Shown: positions 1 through 8,359, counted from the stretch's first letter. The stretch: 26,823 bases of DNA from Bifidobacterium breve (GCA_943325425.2 CALPPJ020000001.1:1-26823), one strand, 5' to 3'. The notes: a model not told the origin generated them from the letters alone. Made by a program: numbers and translations.

Positions 1-4
1 CGAA

Positions 5-760
5 ATGATGGGCATTCCCCGCGCCGACTTTGCACAAATATTCAAGTGGACCAACACCATCCTTGGTGTTGGCGACCCAGAACTCGTCACCAGCATCGAC
101 GACCTTCTCATGGCGGGCTTAGAGATGTTCAACTATGCACAAGCGTTGGGTGAAGATCGCTTGCAAAACCCAGTAGACGACATCACCTCAGTGATGATGC
201 ATGCAGAAGTTGATGGAGAGCGCCTCACCACTCAAGAGTTCGGTTCGTTCTTCATTTTGCTTGTAGTAGCTGGAAACGAGACAACGCGTAATGCCATTAG
301 CCATGGCATGAAACTTCTCACCGATCACCCCGACCAACGTGACATTTGGTGGAATGATTTCGACAAGAACACCAAAACAGCAGTGGAAGAAATTGTGCGT
401 TACTCCTCGCCCGTTATTCACTTCCGTCGCACTGCAACACAAGACACCGACATCAATGGCTTTCACATTAAAGAAGGCCAGAAATTGGTGATGTGGTACA
501 ACTCGGGCAACCGCGATGAAACCATTTTCACCAACCCGCACTTGTTTGATGTATTGCGCATTCCGCAGCCGTCGCAAATTGGTTTCGGTGCCGGTGGCCC
601 ACACTTCTGTTTAGGTGCAAACCTTGCGCGCCGTGAAATTGCAGTGATGTTCGATGAAATTCGACGTCGTCTTCCCAAGATGCGCATTACTGGTGAGCCA
701 GCAATGCTGCAGAGCAACTTCATCAACGGCATCAAGCGCATGCCCTGCGCCTGGAACTAA
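5..760 (+). CDS. Cytochrome P450, CYP124/CYP125-like (lipid/sterol omega-hydroxylase clade); 5'-partial, runs off the window start
   Basis: I-helix FFILLVVAGNETTRNAI, ExxR (EEIVR), heme-ligand motif FGAGGPHFCLG. Only 251 aa and the frame is open to the window edge. Confidence 0.93.
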   Translation: MMGIPRADFAQIFKWTNTILGVGDPELVTSIDDLLMAGLEMFNYAQALGEDRLQNPVDDITSVMMHAEVDGERLTTQEFGSFFILLVVAGNETTRNAISHGMKLLTDHPDQRDIWWNDFDKNTKTAVEEIVRYSSPVIHFRRTATQDTDINGFHIKEGQKLVMWYNSGNRDETIFTNPHLFDVLRIPQPSQIGFGAGGPHFCLGANLARREIAVMFDEIRRRLPKMRITGEPAMLQSNFINGIKRMPCAWN

Positions 761-762
761 CC

Positions 763-817
763 GGAGTGTTCTCGGCGCCGTATGTATCGTTTTTTGCAAC
801 AATCTGCGCCGAGAAAC
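763..817 (+). repeat. REP-like palindromic element, copy 1
   Basis: GGAGTG-TTCTCGGCGC (769-778), 27-nt interior, GCGCCGAGAA (806-815). The 10-bp arms are perfect complements. Inverted homolog of 1551-1606. Confidence 0.85.
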
Positions 818-821
818 CACG

Positions 822-1541
822 TTGAATAGCACACCGGCTTTCTCTGGTGTCTTTGGTGGCGGTGGACTCTTTGGTATCGGTTACGGCATGGGCGTTGTCG
901 ATGGCCTACGCAAGAGAGGCATCGACTTAAGCAATAGCCCAATGCTCGGCACCTCTGCTGGTTCATGGGTTGCGGCTGCCACCGCTCTTGGAGTTCCCTT
1001 CGGCGCGCTCGCCACACTCCCCGTGCCGCGTTTTCCAAACCCGAAGGCAGGAGTACTTGCTGCCTCGGCAGAAAAGGTCTTTGGAAAGTCAAACAGTTCA
1101 TTGGTCCATGTTGTTGCATGCCAGCTTCCTCAATTACGTCGCACCCAGCTCAGTGCATCTGACTTCCCACTCTCATCACTCGTGGCCGCATCGTCAGCTG
1201 TACCAGGTCTCCTTGCACCACAAAAACTCGGTCAGCATTTCTACATTGACGGAGGAGTTCGCTCAGGCGTCAGTGTCGACTGGGCTCACCCATCGGAAAC
1301 GCTCATTGTCATTGCGCCGCTGGCCGGAGCAATGTTTGGCCCGTTTGGCTCTTTTGTCGAGCGCAAAATGAGACGTGAAATGAAAGAGTGGATAGCAAAA
1401 TACTCTGGTCGCATTTTGCTCTTCGCGCCAAAGGAATCGACTTCGCATATTGCGACTCTTCCCCAACATCTTTTCAACAAAGAAAAAGCGTTAGCTGCTT
1501 ATGAGCACGGGCTCAATGAAGCAACTAACGCGATTCTTTAA
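822..1541 (+). CDS. Patatin-like phospholipase/esterase
   Basis: GGGGLFG oxyanion motif, GTSAG nucleophile elbow, DGG motif. Start moved to TTG 822 because the ORF-track start at 654 overlaps the P450 and the repeat. Confidence 0.88.
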   Translation: MNSTPAFSGVFGGGGLFGIGYGMGVVDGLRKRGIDLSNSPMLGTSAGSWVAAATALGVPFGALATLPVPRFPNPKAGVLAASAEKVFGKSNSSLVHVVACQLPQLRRTQLSASDFPLSSLVAASSAVPGLLAPQKLGQHFYIDGGVRSGVSVDWAHPSETLIVIAPLAGAMFGPFGSFVERKMRREMKEWIAKYSGRILLFAPKESTSHIATLPQHLFNKEKALAAYEHGLNEATNAIL

Positions 1542-1550
1542 CTCTTATTT

Positions 1551-1606
1551 GTTTTCTCGGCGCGAATCGTCACGATTTGCGGGACATACCGCGCCGAGAA
1601 CACTCC
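1551..1606 (-). repeat. REP-like palindromic element, copy 2 (inverted); may also act as a terminator between convergent patatin and nrdJ
   Basis: TTCTCGGCGC (1554-1563), 27-nt interior, GCGCCGAGAA-CACTCC (1591-1606). Its reverse complement matches copy 1 at 22 of the first 23 nt. Confidence 0.85.
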
Positions 1607-1611
1607 AGGTG

Positions 1612-4452
1612 TCAGCTGCAGCCAGAGGTGCTGCCGCACGATGGGCACGCATGGCACGAGCCGGCACGCTGCATTTGCACACCACACTGCATGCACATTG
1701 GAGCATCGCTGTGCGTAATGACGCGAGGGATGCCTTGTGCTGGTGAGTGGTCGGTGCTTGGTGCAAGTGGTGCAAGACCAGCGCTCATCTGCGCGGCAAG
1801 TTCACCGGCAGAAGGAATGGTCTTTGGATCTTGTGCCATTTCGTTGCCGCTGCTGGTTTCAACGATGGTCTCGTCGACACCTGGCAATGTTGGCTGCAAA
1901 CGCTCGTCGCGGCTGAAGATGCCGAGCTCTACGCGCTCGTCGTAGGTGAGGTATTCCAAGCCCAAACGACGGAACAAGTAGTCCATGATGGACGATGCAA
2001 TACGAATGTCTGGATCGTCGGTCATGCCTGCTGGTTCGAAGCGCATGTTGGTGAATGCTTCAACGAACGCACGAAGTGGAACTCCGTACTGCAAGCCGTA
2101 GCTGATGCTCTTGGCAAAGGCGTCCATGATGCCTGACAAGGTGCTTCCCTGCTTTGACACAGTGAGGAACACTTCGCCGGGGCGACCGTCTTCGTATTCG
2201 CCGATGGTTGCGAAACCTTTGCAATCGGCAACGCGGAATTCGAAGGTGCGACCACGACGTGAGCGTGGCAACTTCTGACGCACTGGCTGAGCAACGATGC
2301 GCTCGATGACTTTTTCCACTACTGCAGTTGCAGCACCGGCGCCGGAATCTTTGGAGTCGTCGTCTTTCTTTGCTGTTGACAAAGGCTGACCAACTTTGCA
2401 GTTGTCGCGGTACACCGCAACAGCCTTCAAGCCGAGCTCCCATGACAACATGTGTAGCGCTTCGATTTCTTCAACGGTGGCCTCTTCGGGCATGTTGACC
2501 GTCTTCGAAATGGCACCTGACAAGAACGGCTGCACCGCACCCATCATGCGCACGTGACCTTCGTAGTGAATCGTGTTGTCACCCATTGAGCAAGCGAACA
2601 CTGCAACGTGTTCAGCAGCCAAGTGTGGTGCACCCAAGATTGACTTCTCGGTATCGATGTAGGCGATGATCTCGTCGACTTGCTGAGCGTTGTAGCCCAA
2701 CTTACGAAGTGCCATCGGAATCGTCTGGTTAACGATGACCATGTTGCCACCACCGACCAGCTTCTTCATCTTCACCAGACCAAGGTCGGGTTCAATACCA
2801 GTGGTGTCACAGTCCATCATGAGACCGATGGTTCCAGTCGGCGCCAACACTGTGGCCTGCGCGTTGCGCACACCGTATTCTTCGCCGTCGCGAACTGCGG
2901 CTTCCCATGACTCCTGGCCAGCACGCAACAACGACGCAGGCATGACTGTTTCGTCAGCGATTTGGTAGCTGGCGTCACGGTGCATGCGCAAAACGTTGAG
3001 CATGTAGCGCTCGTTTTCGGCAAAGCCAGCGTGAGGTCCCATACGGCTTGAGGTACGAGCACTTGTGGCGTACGCGTGGCCGGTCATCAAGCTCGTGAGA
3101 GCAGCAGCCCATGCACGTCCTTCAAATGAGTCGTACGGCAAGCCGAGAGCCATCAACAATGCGCCAAGGTTGGCGTAACCAAGACCGAGTTGACGGAACT
3201 TACGGCTGTTGTCGCCAATGGCTTCAGTCGGATAGTCGGCGCGGCCCACCAAGATTTCTTGAGCGGTGAACATTGTTTCAATGGTGTGCTTGTAGGCGTC
3301 AACATCGAAGTTGCCTTGCTCGTCGAGGTACTTCAACAAGTTGATGGAAGCCAAGTTGCAAGCCGAGTTGTCAATGTGCATGTATTCGCTGCATGGATTC
3401 GATCCGTTGATGCGGCCCGTTGCATGCGAGGTGTGCCACTTGTTGATCGTGGTGTCGAATTGCAAACCGGGGTCGGCGCAATCCCATGAAGCTTCAGCAA
3501 TCTGACGCCACAAGTCGCGAGCTTGGACGGTACGCACTGGAGTGCCATCAGCAACTGCACGGTATGTCCATTCTTTGTCATCACGAACTGCATGCATGAA
3601 GTCGTCTGTGATACGCACTGAGTTGTTGGCGTTCTGGTACTGCACACTGAATGCATCTGAACCATCAAGGTCCATGTCGAAACCAGCGTCGCGCAACACG
3701 CGAGCCTTCTTTTCTTCTTTGGCCTTGCACCAAATGAATTCTTCGATGTCCGGGTGATCAACGTTGAGAATGACCATCTTGGCGGCACGACGAGTCTTGC
3801 CACCCGACTTGATTGTTCCGGCTGATGAGTCTGCGCCACGCATGAAACTCACGGGACCAGATGCGGTGCCACCGCCCTTGAGCAACTCAACACTTGAACG
3901 AATCTTCGACAAGTTGATACCTGAGCCCGAACCACCCTTAAAGATGATTCCTTCTTCGCGGTACCAGTTCAAGATGGCGTCCATCTTGTCTTCAACGGCC
4001 AAGATGAAGCACGCACTCGCCTGCTGCGGAACACCCTTAACGCCGATGTTGAACCACACTGGGCTGTTGAACGCAGCGCGCTGGGTCACCAAGATGAACT
4101 TGAGTTCATCACTGAAGTTGTCGGCTTCGGCCTGATCGACGAAATAGCCACCCTCAACGCCCCAAGTGGTGATGGTGTCGGCGACGCGGTCAATGACCTG
4201 CTTGAGCGATTGTTCACGCTCCTCAGTGCCTGGGGTACCACGGAAGTACTTCTGAGCCACGATATTGGTGGCGTTCAACGACCAGGTCACTGGGAACTCG
4301 ACACCGAGCTGCTCGAAAGCAACTGAGCCGTCCTTCCAGTTCGAGATGCGAGCATCACGCTTCTCCCAGACCACTTGGTCATAGGGATGCACACCAGGGG
4401 TGGTGTAGTGACGGCGGATTCCGATGGCGAGACGGTCCGGGGCGAGTGACAT
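1612..4452 (-). CDS. nrdJ: Vitamin B12-dependent (class II) ribonucleotide reductase
   Basis: SACFIL, GGSGSG, catalytic NPCSEY, CNLAS, APTGTI motifs; C-terminal TSCPD-like domain and CxxC...CxxC tail. ATG 4452 preceded by AAAGGAA. Confidence 0.97.
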   Translation of the reverse strand: MSLAPDRLAIGIRRHYTTPGVHPYDQVVWEKRDARISNWKDGSVAFEQLGVEFPVTWSLNATNIVAQKYFRGTPGTEEREQSLKQVIDRVADTITTWGVEGGYFVDQAEADNFSDELKFILVTQRAAFNSPVWFNIGVKGVPQQASACFILAVEDKMDAILNWYREEGIIFKGGSGSGINLSKIRSSVELLKGGGTASGPVSFMRGADSSAGTIKSGGKTRRAAKMVILNVDHPDIEEFIWCKAKEEKKARVLRDAGFDMDLDGSDAFSVQYQNANNSVRITDDFMHAVRDDKEWTYRAVADGTPVRTVQARDLWRQIAEASWDCADPGLQFDTTINKWHTSHATGRINGSNPCSEYMHIDNSACNLASINLLKYLDEQGNFDVDAYKHTIETMFTAQEILVGRADYPTEAIGDNSRKFRQLGLGYANLGALLMALGLPYDSFEGRAWAAALTSLMTGHAYATSARTSSRMGPHAGFAENERYMLNVLRMHRDASYQIADETVMPASLLRAGQESWEAAVRDGEEYGVRNAQATVLAPTGTIGLMMDCDTTGIEPDLGLVKMKKLVGGGNMVIVNQTIPMALRKLGYNAQQVDEIIAYIDTEKSILGAPHLAAEHVAVFACSMGDNTIHYEGHVRMMGAVQPFLSGAISKTVNMPEEATVEEIEALHMLSWELGLKAVAVYRDNCKVGQPLSTAKKDDDSKDSGAGAATAVVEKVIERIVAQPVRQKLPRSRRGRTFEFRVADCKGFATIGEYEDGRPGEVFLTVSKQGSTLSGIMDAFAKSISYGLQYGVPLRAFVEAFTNMRFEPAGMTDDPDIRIASSIMDYLFRRLGLEYLTYDERVELGIFSRDERLQPTLPGVDETIVETSSGNEMAQDPKTIPSAGELAAQMSAGLAPLAPSTDHSPAQGIPRVITHSDAPMCMQCGVQMQRAGSCHACPSCGSTSGCS

Positions 4453-4531
4453 ATTGATTCCTTTTTCTGAAAGTCGAGCGAGCAAGATGACTGATGTTGA
4501 TATTTGTTGGAGTTAGATCATGACACATCAG

Positions 4532-4547
4532 ACACAAGATGTGGTGT
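4532..4547. promoter_or_regulatory. NrdR box (strong)
   Basis: ACACAAGATGTGGTGT fits the acaCwAtATaTwGtgt-type consensus; 80 bp upstream of the nrdJ start; nrdR is nearby. Confidence 0.8.
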
Positions 4548-4572
4548 ATTCCCCCGTTGACCGCGCGTGTCA

Positions 4573-4588
4573 CCACAAGCAGTAGTGA
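4573..4588. promoter_or_regulatory. NrdR box (degenerate partner)
   Basis: CCACAAGCAGTAGTGA keeps CACwA...TwGTG and starts 41 bp from the first box. Confidence 0.55.
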
Positions 4589-4619
4589 AATTACAGCAGC
4601 GTAGTTACACCCGTGTCAA
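4588..4619 (-). promoter_or_regulatory. Possible proximal sigma-A promoter for nrdJ
   Basis: TTGACA (4619-4614) and TAATTT (4593-4588), but the 20-bp spacer is suboptimal. Abuts an NrdR box. Confidence 0.3.
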
Positions 4620-4807
4620 CAACTACCGCGTCACACCTGCTCACACGGGGTTTTTGGAGATACTTCAGTGCCAACCGTCACAGCGGTTAACACGTCGGCC
4701 GCGCCACCAACCTTCCTGCACATCAAGTCTTCGTTGAAAGAGTGACGGATTTCCGTAGGTCCAGGACCTGTTCATCCCACCCAAATCCGCCGGACTCGAC
4801 CCAGATA

Positions 4808-4823
4808 ACACCAGATCTTGTGC
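4808..4823. promoter_or_regulatory. NrdR box (distal)
   Basis: ACACCAGATCTTGTGC matches the CAC.A.AT.T.GTG palindromic core. Confidence 0.65.
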
Positions 4824-4885
4824 CGACAGACCACTAGCCACGGTCCTCCGCCACTACTTTCAACGTTCGTTACCCTAGGCGCATC

Positions 4886-4979
4886 ACCCTGTGGGGAGGA
4901 AGTGGATAACCCTGTGAATTAGCCCTTTGTTTAGGGGAAAACCCTGTGGATAGGGGTGTGCATAACCGCTTGTGAACGA
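4886..4979 (+). promoter_or_regulatory. Cluster of co-oriented DnaA-box-like 9-mers
   Basis: TGTGCATAA (4957, full match to TGTGNAWAA); AGTGGATAA (4901), TGTGAATTA (4913) and TGTGGATAG (4945), one mismatch each; weaker sites at 4890, 4933, 4971. Mostly 3-nt spacers. Confidence 0.72.
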
Positions 4980-4981
4980 AA

Positions 4982-7252
4982 TCAGCCGATTCGAGCGATG
5001 GAAACGGGAATTCCGTTCAAAACTGATGTCCCGGAGAGTGGGTCCATAGCCTCGTGATCGCTCAAGATGTTTGAATTCACGCCGCTCAACGACTCGGCGA
5101 CGTGCATCTTGGTTCCGGCGTAATCATGTCCCCAACCGTGCGGCAAACTCACGACACCAGGTCGAATGTCATCAGTGATCTCAACTGGAACAACCACAGT
5201 ACCAACTCGTGATGTAACCGAGACGAAAACTTCATCACCTGATTGACCCAATAAATCAAGGCTTTTTGCATCATCAGTGTGCATTTGCAACGAACAGCGC
5301 ACGTTGCCTTTGACAAGAACTTGAATGTTGTGCATCCAAGAGTTGTTTGTTTTGAGATGACGACGACCAACTAGGACAAAACGGTTCTTGGTGAATTCAT
5401 CAATAGAATCAAGCAAACGTGGCACATCCGCGATGAGCGCTTCAGGTGCAAGCTCAATCATTCCGCTGCGCGTGCGCAATGCATCAGGCAGTCGCGGCTC
5501 AAGAGCACCGAAATCAACACCGTGTGGATTATCCAACAACAGTTGTAGCGACGCTCCCCCAATGTTTGATCCAAAGCCTGCACCGTATGGTCCGGTTTGC
5601 AACATGAAATCCAACATGCGTGCTGGTCCTCGTCGACCGTCAGCATTCAGTAAGTCAATGATCTCATCAGCATGCCGCCCATGTATCGGCGAAGACGGAT
5701 CACCAATACTGTTGCGCACCAATCCCTCAATCGCTAAATCATCAGCAAGATGTGGATCTGCATCAGGTCCAAGACCTTGTGCAATCATTCCGAGTTTGGC
5801 AAGTATCTCCCATTCATCAGGTTGACCTTCGTCGAGAGCCAACACAGGCAAGCTGTAGTTGGCGACATTACGAATTGCGAACTGCAACAACAACACGTCG
5901 TAATGATCACGTTGCAACTGCGAAGGCACTGGGAAAATCACATCGGCATGACGAGTCGTTTCGTTCAAATACAAATCAACACTGATCATTAACTCAAGTT
6001 TTTCGAAGGCATCATCAAGTTGACGTGAGTGCGGAGTTGACAAAATTGGATTACCAGCCACTGTGACCAAAGCCTTGATACCGATATCACCAGCATCCGT
6101 TATTTCTTCGGCCATGGCGGCAGCGGGATATTCACCCATCACTTCGGGATAGCCCTTCACTTTTGTTTTACCGCCACCGCGTCCGATACGAAATCCTCCA
6201 CCTTTTCCAGATGTTCCGCGAGTCGTTGGTCCGCCAAGTGCAGGCTTGGTAAACATCACTCCACCAACCGCATCAAGATTTCCGGTCAAGGTATTTACTA
6301 CGTCAACAAGCCACGAAGCAGTCGTACCGAACTCGGTTGTTGTTGTTCCGATTCGTCCGTACACGGCCGCCGTTTTAGCCGCGCTTAATTCACGCGCAAC
6401 TTGCCGAATGACTTCTGCTTCAAGCCCAGTTGCCTCGGCAACTCGTTCAGGTGTGAATTCACGTGACACTTCGCGCACATCATCAAGTCCATTCAAAAGA
6501 GCAGCGATGTGATCTTGGATCTTGACCAAGTTCTCCGCAAACAACACATTCACAATCGCCATCAAGAAGAGTGCATCGGTCGCAGGCCGAATGGCGATCC
6601 ATTGATCGGCTTCTTCAACTGTTCGTGTTCGTCGCGGATCAACGACAACTACTTTGCCGCCACGGGCGCGAATGGCTTCCAGTCGCCCCGGAAAATCCGG
6701 CGCAGTACACACACTTCCATTCGAGGCATAGGGGTTTGCCCCCAAAATCATCAGGTAATCGGTGCGATCTAGGTCGGGCACCGCAACCGACACTCCAGTG
6801 CCGAACATGTAGCCAGCCGCAACTTGTTTTGGCAATTGATCAACAGTTGAGGCACTAAAACGATTGTGAGTTCCGAGACCTTGTAACAATGTTCGGTTGT
6901 ACAACATGGCTGACAAACTGTGCGCACCGGGGTTGCCAAGATACACACCCACCGCATCACGACCGTGACGTTCAATCACATCTTGCAAACGACCCGCAAC
7001 TTCGGCCCATGCTTCATCCCACTCCACTTCAACGTGCACACCATTGCGTTTGATATGGGGCTTACGCAGACGATCAGGATCTTCATGGAGTTGTTTGAGG
7101 GTTGAACCCTTCGGACAAATGAACCCATGTGAAAACACATCATCCATGTCACCGCGAATGCGTCCGACAGCTGATCCCTTCACAGAGATCTCTAATCCAC
7201 AACCGGCTTCACATAACGGGCAGGTTCGGTAGGCAATTCGTTCGTCGCTCAT
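4982..7252 (-). CDS. Molybdopterin (bis-MGD) oxidoreductase with N-terminal [4Fe-4S] site; uncharacterised actinobacterial MopB-type family
   Basis: CPLCEAGCG...HGFICPKG Fe-S motif, SASTVDQ, GANP.ASNGS, VVVDPRRT, C-terminal molydopterin-dinucleotide-binding domain (NSWMHN, PGVVSLPHGWGH). No Tat signal seen. Confidence 0.92.
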   Translation of the reverse strand: MSDERIAYRTCPLCEAGCGLEISVKGSAVGRIRGDMDDVFSHGFICPKGSTLKQLHEDPDRLRKPHIKRNGVHVEVEWDEAWAEVAGRLQDVIERHGRDAVGVYLGNPGAHSLSAMLYNRTLLQGLGTHNRFSASTVDQLPKQVAAGYMFGTGVSVAVPDLDRTDYLMILGANPYASNGSVCTAPDFPGRLEAIRARGGKVVVVDPRRTRTVEEADQWIAIRPATDALFLMAIVNVLFAENLVKIQDHIAALLNGLDDVREVSREFTPERVAEATGLEAEVIRQVARELSAAKTAAVYGRIGTTTTEFGTTASWLVDVVNTLTGNLDAVGGVMFTKPALGGPTTRGTSGKGGGFRIGRGGGKTKVKGYPEVMGEYPAAAMAEEITDAGDIGIKALVTVAGNPILSTPHSRQLDDAFEKLELMISVDLYLNETTRHADVIFPVPSQLQRDHYDVLLLQFAIRNVANYSLPVLALDEGQPDEWEILAKLGMIAQGLGPDADPHLADDLAIEGLVRNSIGDPSSPIHGRHADEIIDLLNADGRRGPARMLDFMLQTGPYGAGFGSNIGGASLQLLLDNPHGVDFGALEPRLPDALRTRSGMIELAPEALIADVPRLLDSIDEFTKNRFVLVGRRHLKTNNSWMHNIQVLVKGNVRCSLQMHTDDAKSLDLLGQSGDEVFVSVTSRVGTVVVPVEITDDIRPGVVSLPHGWGHDYAGTKMHVAESLSGVNSNILSDHEAMDPLSGTSVLNGIPVSIARIG

Positions 7253-7258
7253 TCCCTC

Positions 7259-7264
7259 ACCCTA
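7259..7264 (-). promoter_or_regulatory. -10 element, probable leaderless start of the molybdopterin oxidoreductase gene
   Basis: TAGGGT-N6-ATG. Confidence 0.55.
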
Positions 7265-7298
7265 GAACGCTGGGTTCAGCGAAAACTGAATGAGCGAA

Positions 7299-7760
7299 TC
7301 AGCTGACGGGAGATTTGTCGAGCAATGCCGCTTCGCGCTGAAAGTCTTCGGCCGCGTCGAAGTTCTTGTAGACGCTCGCGAAACGCATGTAGGCCACTTC
7401 ATCCAGATCACGCAAACGTTCAAGGACGGCCAGACCAACCTTGGTGCTTGGCACGTCGCCACCACCCGTGTTACGAAGTTCTTCTTCAACCGAATCGGCC
7501 AAAGCATTAATGGCATCATCATCGATCGGGCGACCCTTAGAAGCCGCCTTCACACCCGAAATCAATTTGGCACGTTCAAATGGCTCTCGTCCGCCCAGGG
7601 TCTTGGTAACCATTAAGGGCACCTCGTCCATGCGCTCGAAGGTTGTGAAGCGATGCAAGCAATGCGGGCACTCGCGTCGGCGGCGAATCGCGGCACCGTC
7701 TTCGGCCGTTCGCGAATCAACCACCTTGGTGTCTTCATGTCGGCAGATGACGCAACGCAT
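7299..7760 (-). CDS. nrdR: Transcriptional repressor NrdR
   Basis: MRCVIC...DTKVVDSR...RRRRECPHC.RFTTFE Zn ribbon plus ATP cone (AYMRFASVY). True start ATG 7760. Confidence 0.97.
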   Translation of the reverse strand: MRCVICRHEDTKVVDSRTAEDGAAIRRRRECPHCLHRFTTFERMDEVPLMVTKTLGGREPFERAKLISGVKAASKGRPIDDDAINALADSVEEELRNTGGGDVPSTKVGLAVLERLRDLDEVAYMRFASVYKNFDAAEDFQREAALLDKSPVS

Positions 7761-7766
7761 GCCACC

Positions 7767-7772
7767 AGCGTA
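7767..7772 (-). promoter_or_regulatory. -10 element, probable leaderless nrdR start
   Basis: TACGCT-N6-ATG with no SD. Confidence 0.5.
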
Positions 7773-7785
7773 GTGGACAGCCGAA

Positions 7786-8268
7786 CTATGGGGAGGGCAC
7801 AATGAGGCGCTGACCCACATCGATGGATGCGCCGCCGTTGAGTTCAATCAATGAATGCACATAATTTCGAATGTTTCCACTAGTCAAAGAGGAAGCGATT
7901 GACCACAAGGTGTCGCCGGATTGAACGACATAAAAGCCGTCACCTTGAGCAAAAGCCAATGACACGTCAACCCCGTTGACGGTCATGTTCAGGGGTTGCG
8001 CGCTCGCAGAAAGGGGCGTCACCGTAGGGATGGAGGCAGTCTCATCCCCACGGCTCGCCAAAGTGCGGAAGCCGAGGCAGGCGGCTACCACAACACCGAA
8101 TACGGCCAAACCCACCACCAGCCGACGACGCAAGTACACGTCGTGGGACAGATGGCGAGTAGGGGCCATAGAAGAACCAAAAGAAGAAGTGCTTGTATTC
8201 GAAAAACTGGTACTGGATCGTCGGGGCTGAATTTCAACGATGTAACGGGGGTCAAGTGCGAGGGCCAT
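7786..8268 (-). CDS. LysM-domain single-pass membrane protein, ChiZ/YneA-like SOS cell-division inhibitor
   Basis: RRR plus hydrophobic TM segment, C-terminal LysM (YVVQSGDTLWSIA...IDVGQRLIVP), divergent from lexA, SD AGAAAGG. Confidence 0.85.
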   Translation of the reverse strand: MALALDPRYIVEIQPRRSSTSFSNTSTSSFGSSMAPTRHLSHDVYLRRRLVVGLAVFGVVVAACLGFRTLASRGDETASIPTVTPLSASAQPLNMTVNGVDVSLAFAQGDGFYVVQSGDTLWSIASSLTSGNIRNYVHSLIELNGGASIDVGQRLIVPSP

Positions 8269-8359
8269 GATGAACCTTTCTGATCAAGTAGCTGTTGTTG
8301 CTGGTGTTCTCAGTATTCGTGAGGGGTATGGCACAGAAGTTCTGTGTTGATGACCCGAA

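Noticed and set aside
654-821. 56-aa N-terminal extension of the patatin ORF
   Set aside because: It overlaps the P450 3' end and the palindromic repeat, and the patatin motifs begin just after TTG 822.
1612-4452. Intein or intron in nrdJ
   Set aside because: Length and motif spacing are normal, with no splice-junction or homing-endonuclease motifs.
4665-4775. 36-aa minus-strand ORF (MNRSWTYG...) in the nrdJ leader
   Set aside because: No properly spaced SD or -10, several rare Arg codons, and no recognisable motif.
4620-4880. Cobalamin riboswitch upstream of B12-dependent nrdJ
   Set aside because: Only a GAGTCCGGC fragment resembles it. The GGGAA and GCAACTG/GCCACTG core elements are not found in order.
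4886-4979. oriC
   Set aside because: No dnaA/dnaN nearby, the array is short, and I see no clear AT-rich unwinding element or DnaA-trios.
7762-7776. NrdR autoregulatory box (CCAC-N7-GTGG) upstream of nrdR
   Set aside because: The spacer is one base shorter than in an NrdR box and the central AT.T core is absent; better explained as the -10 region.
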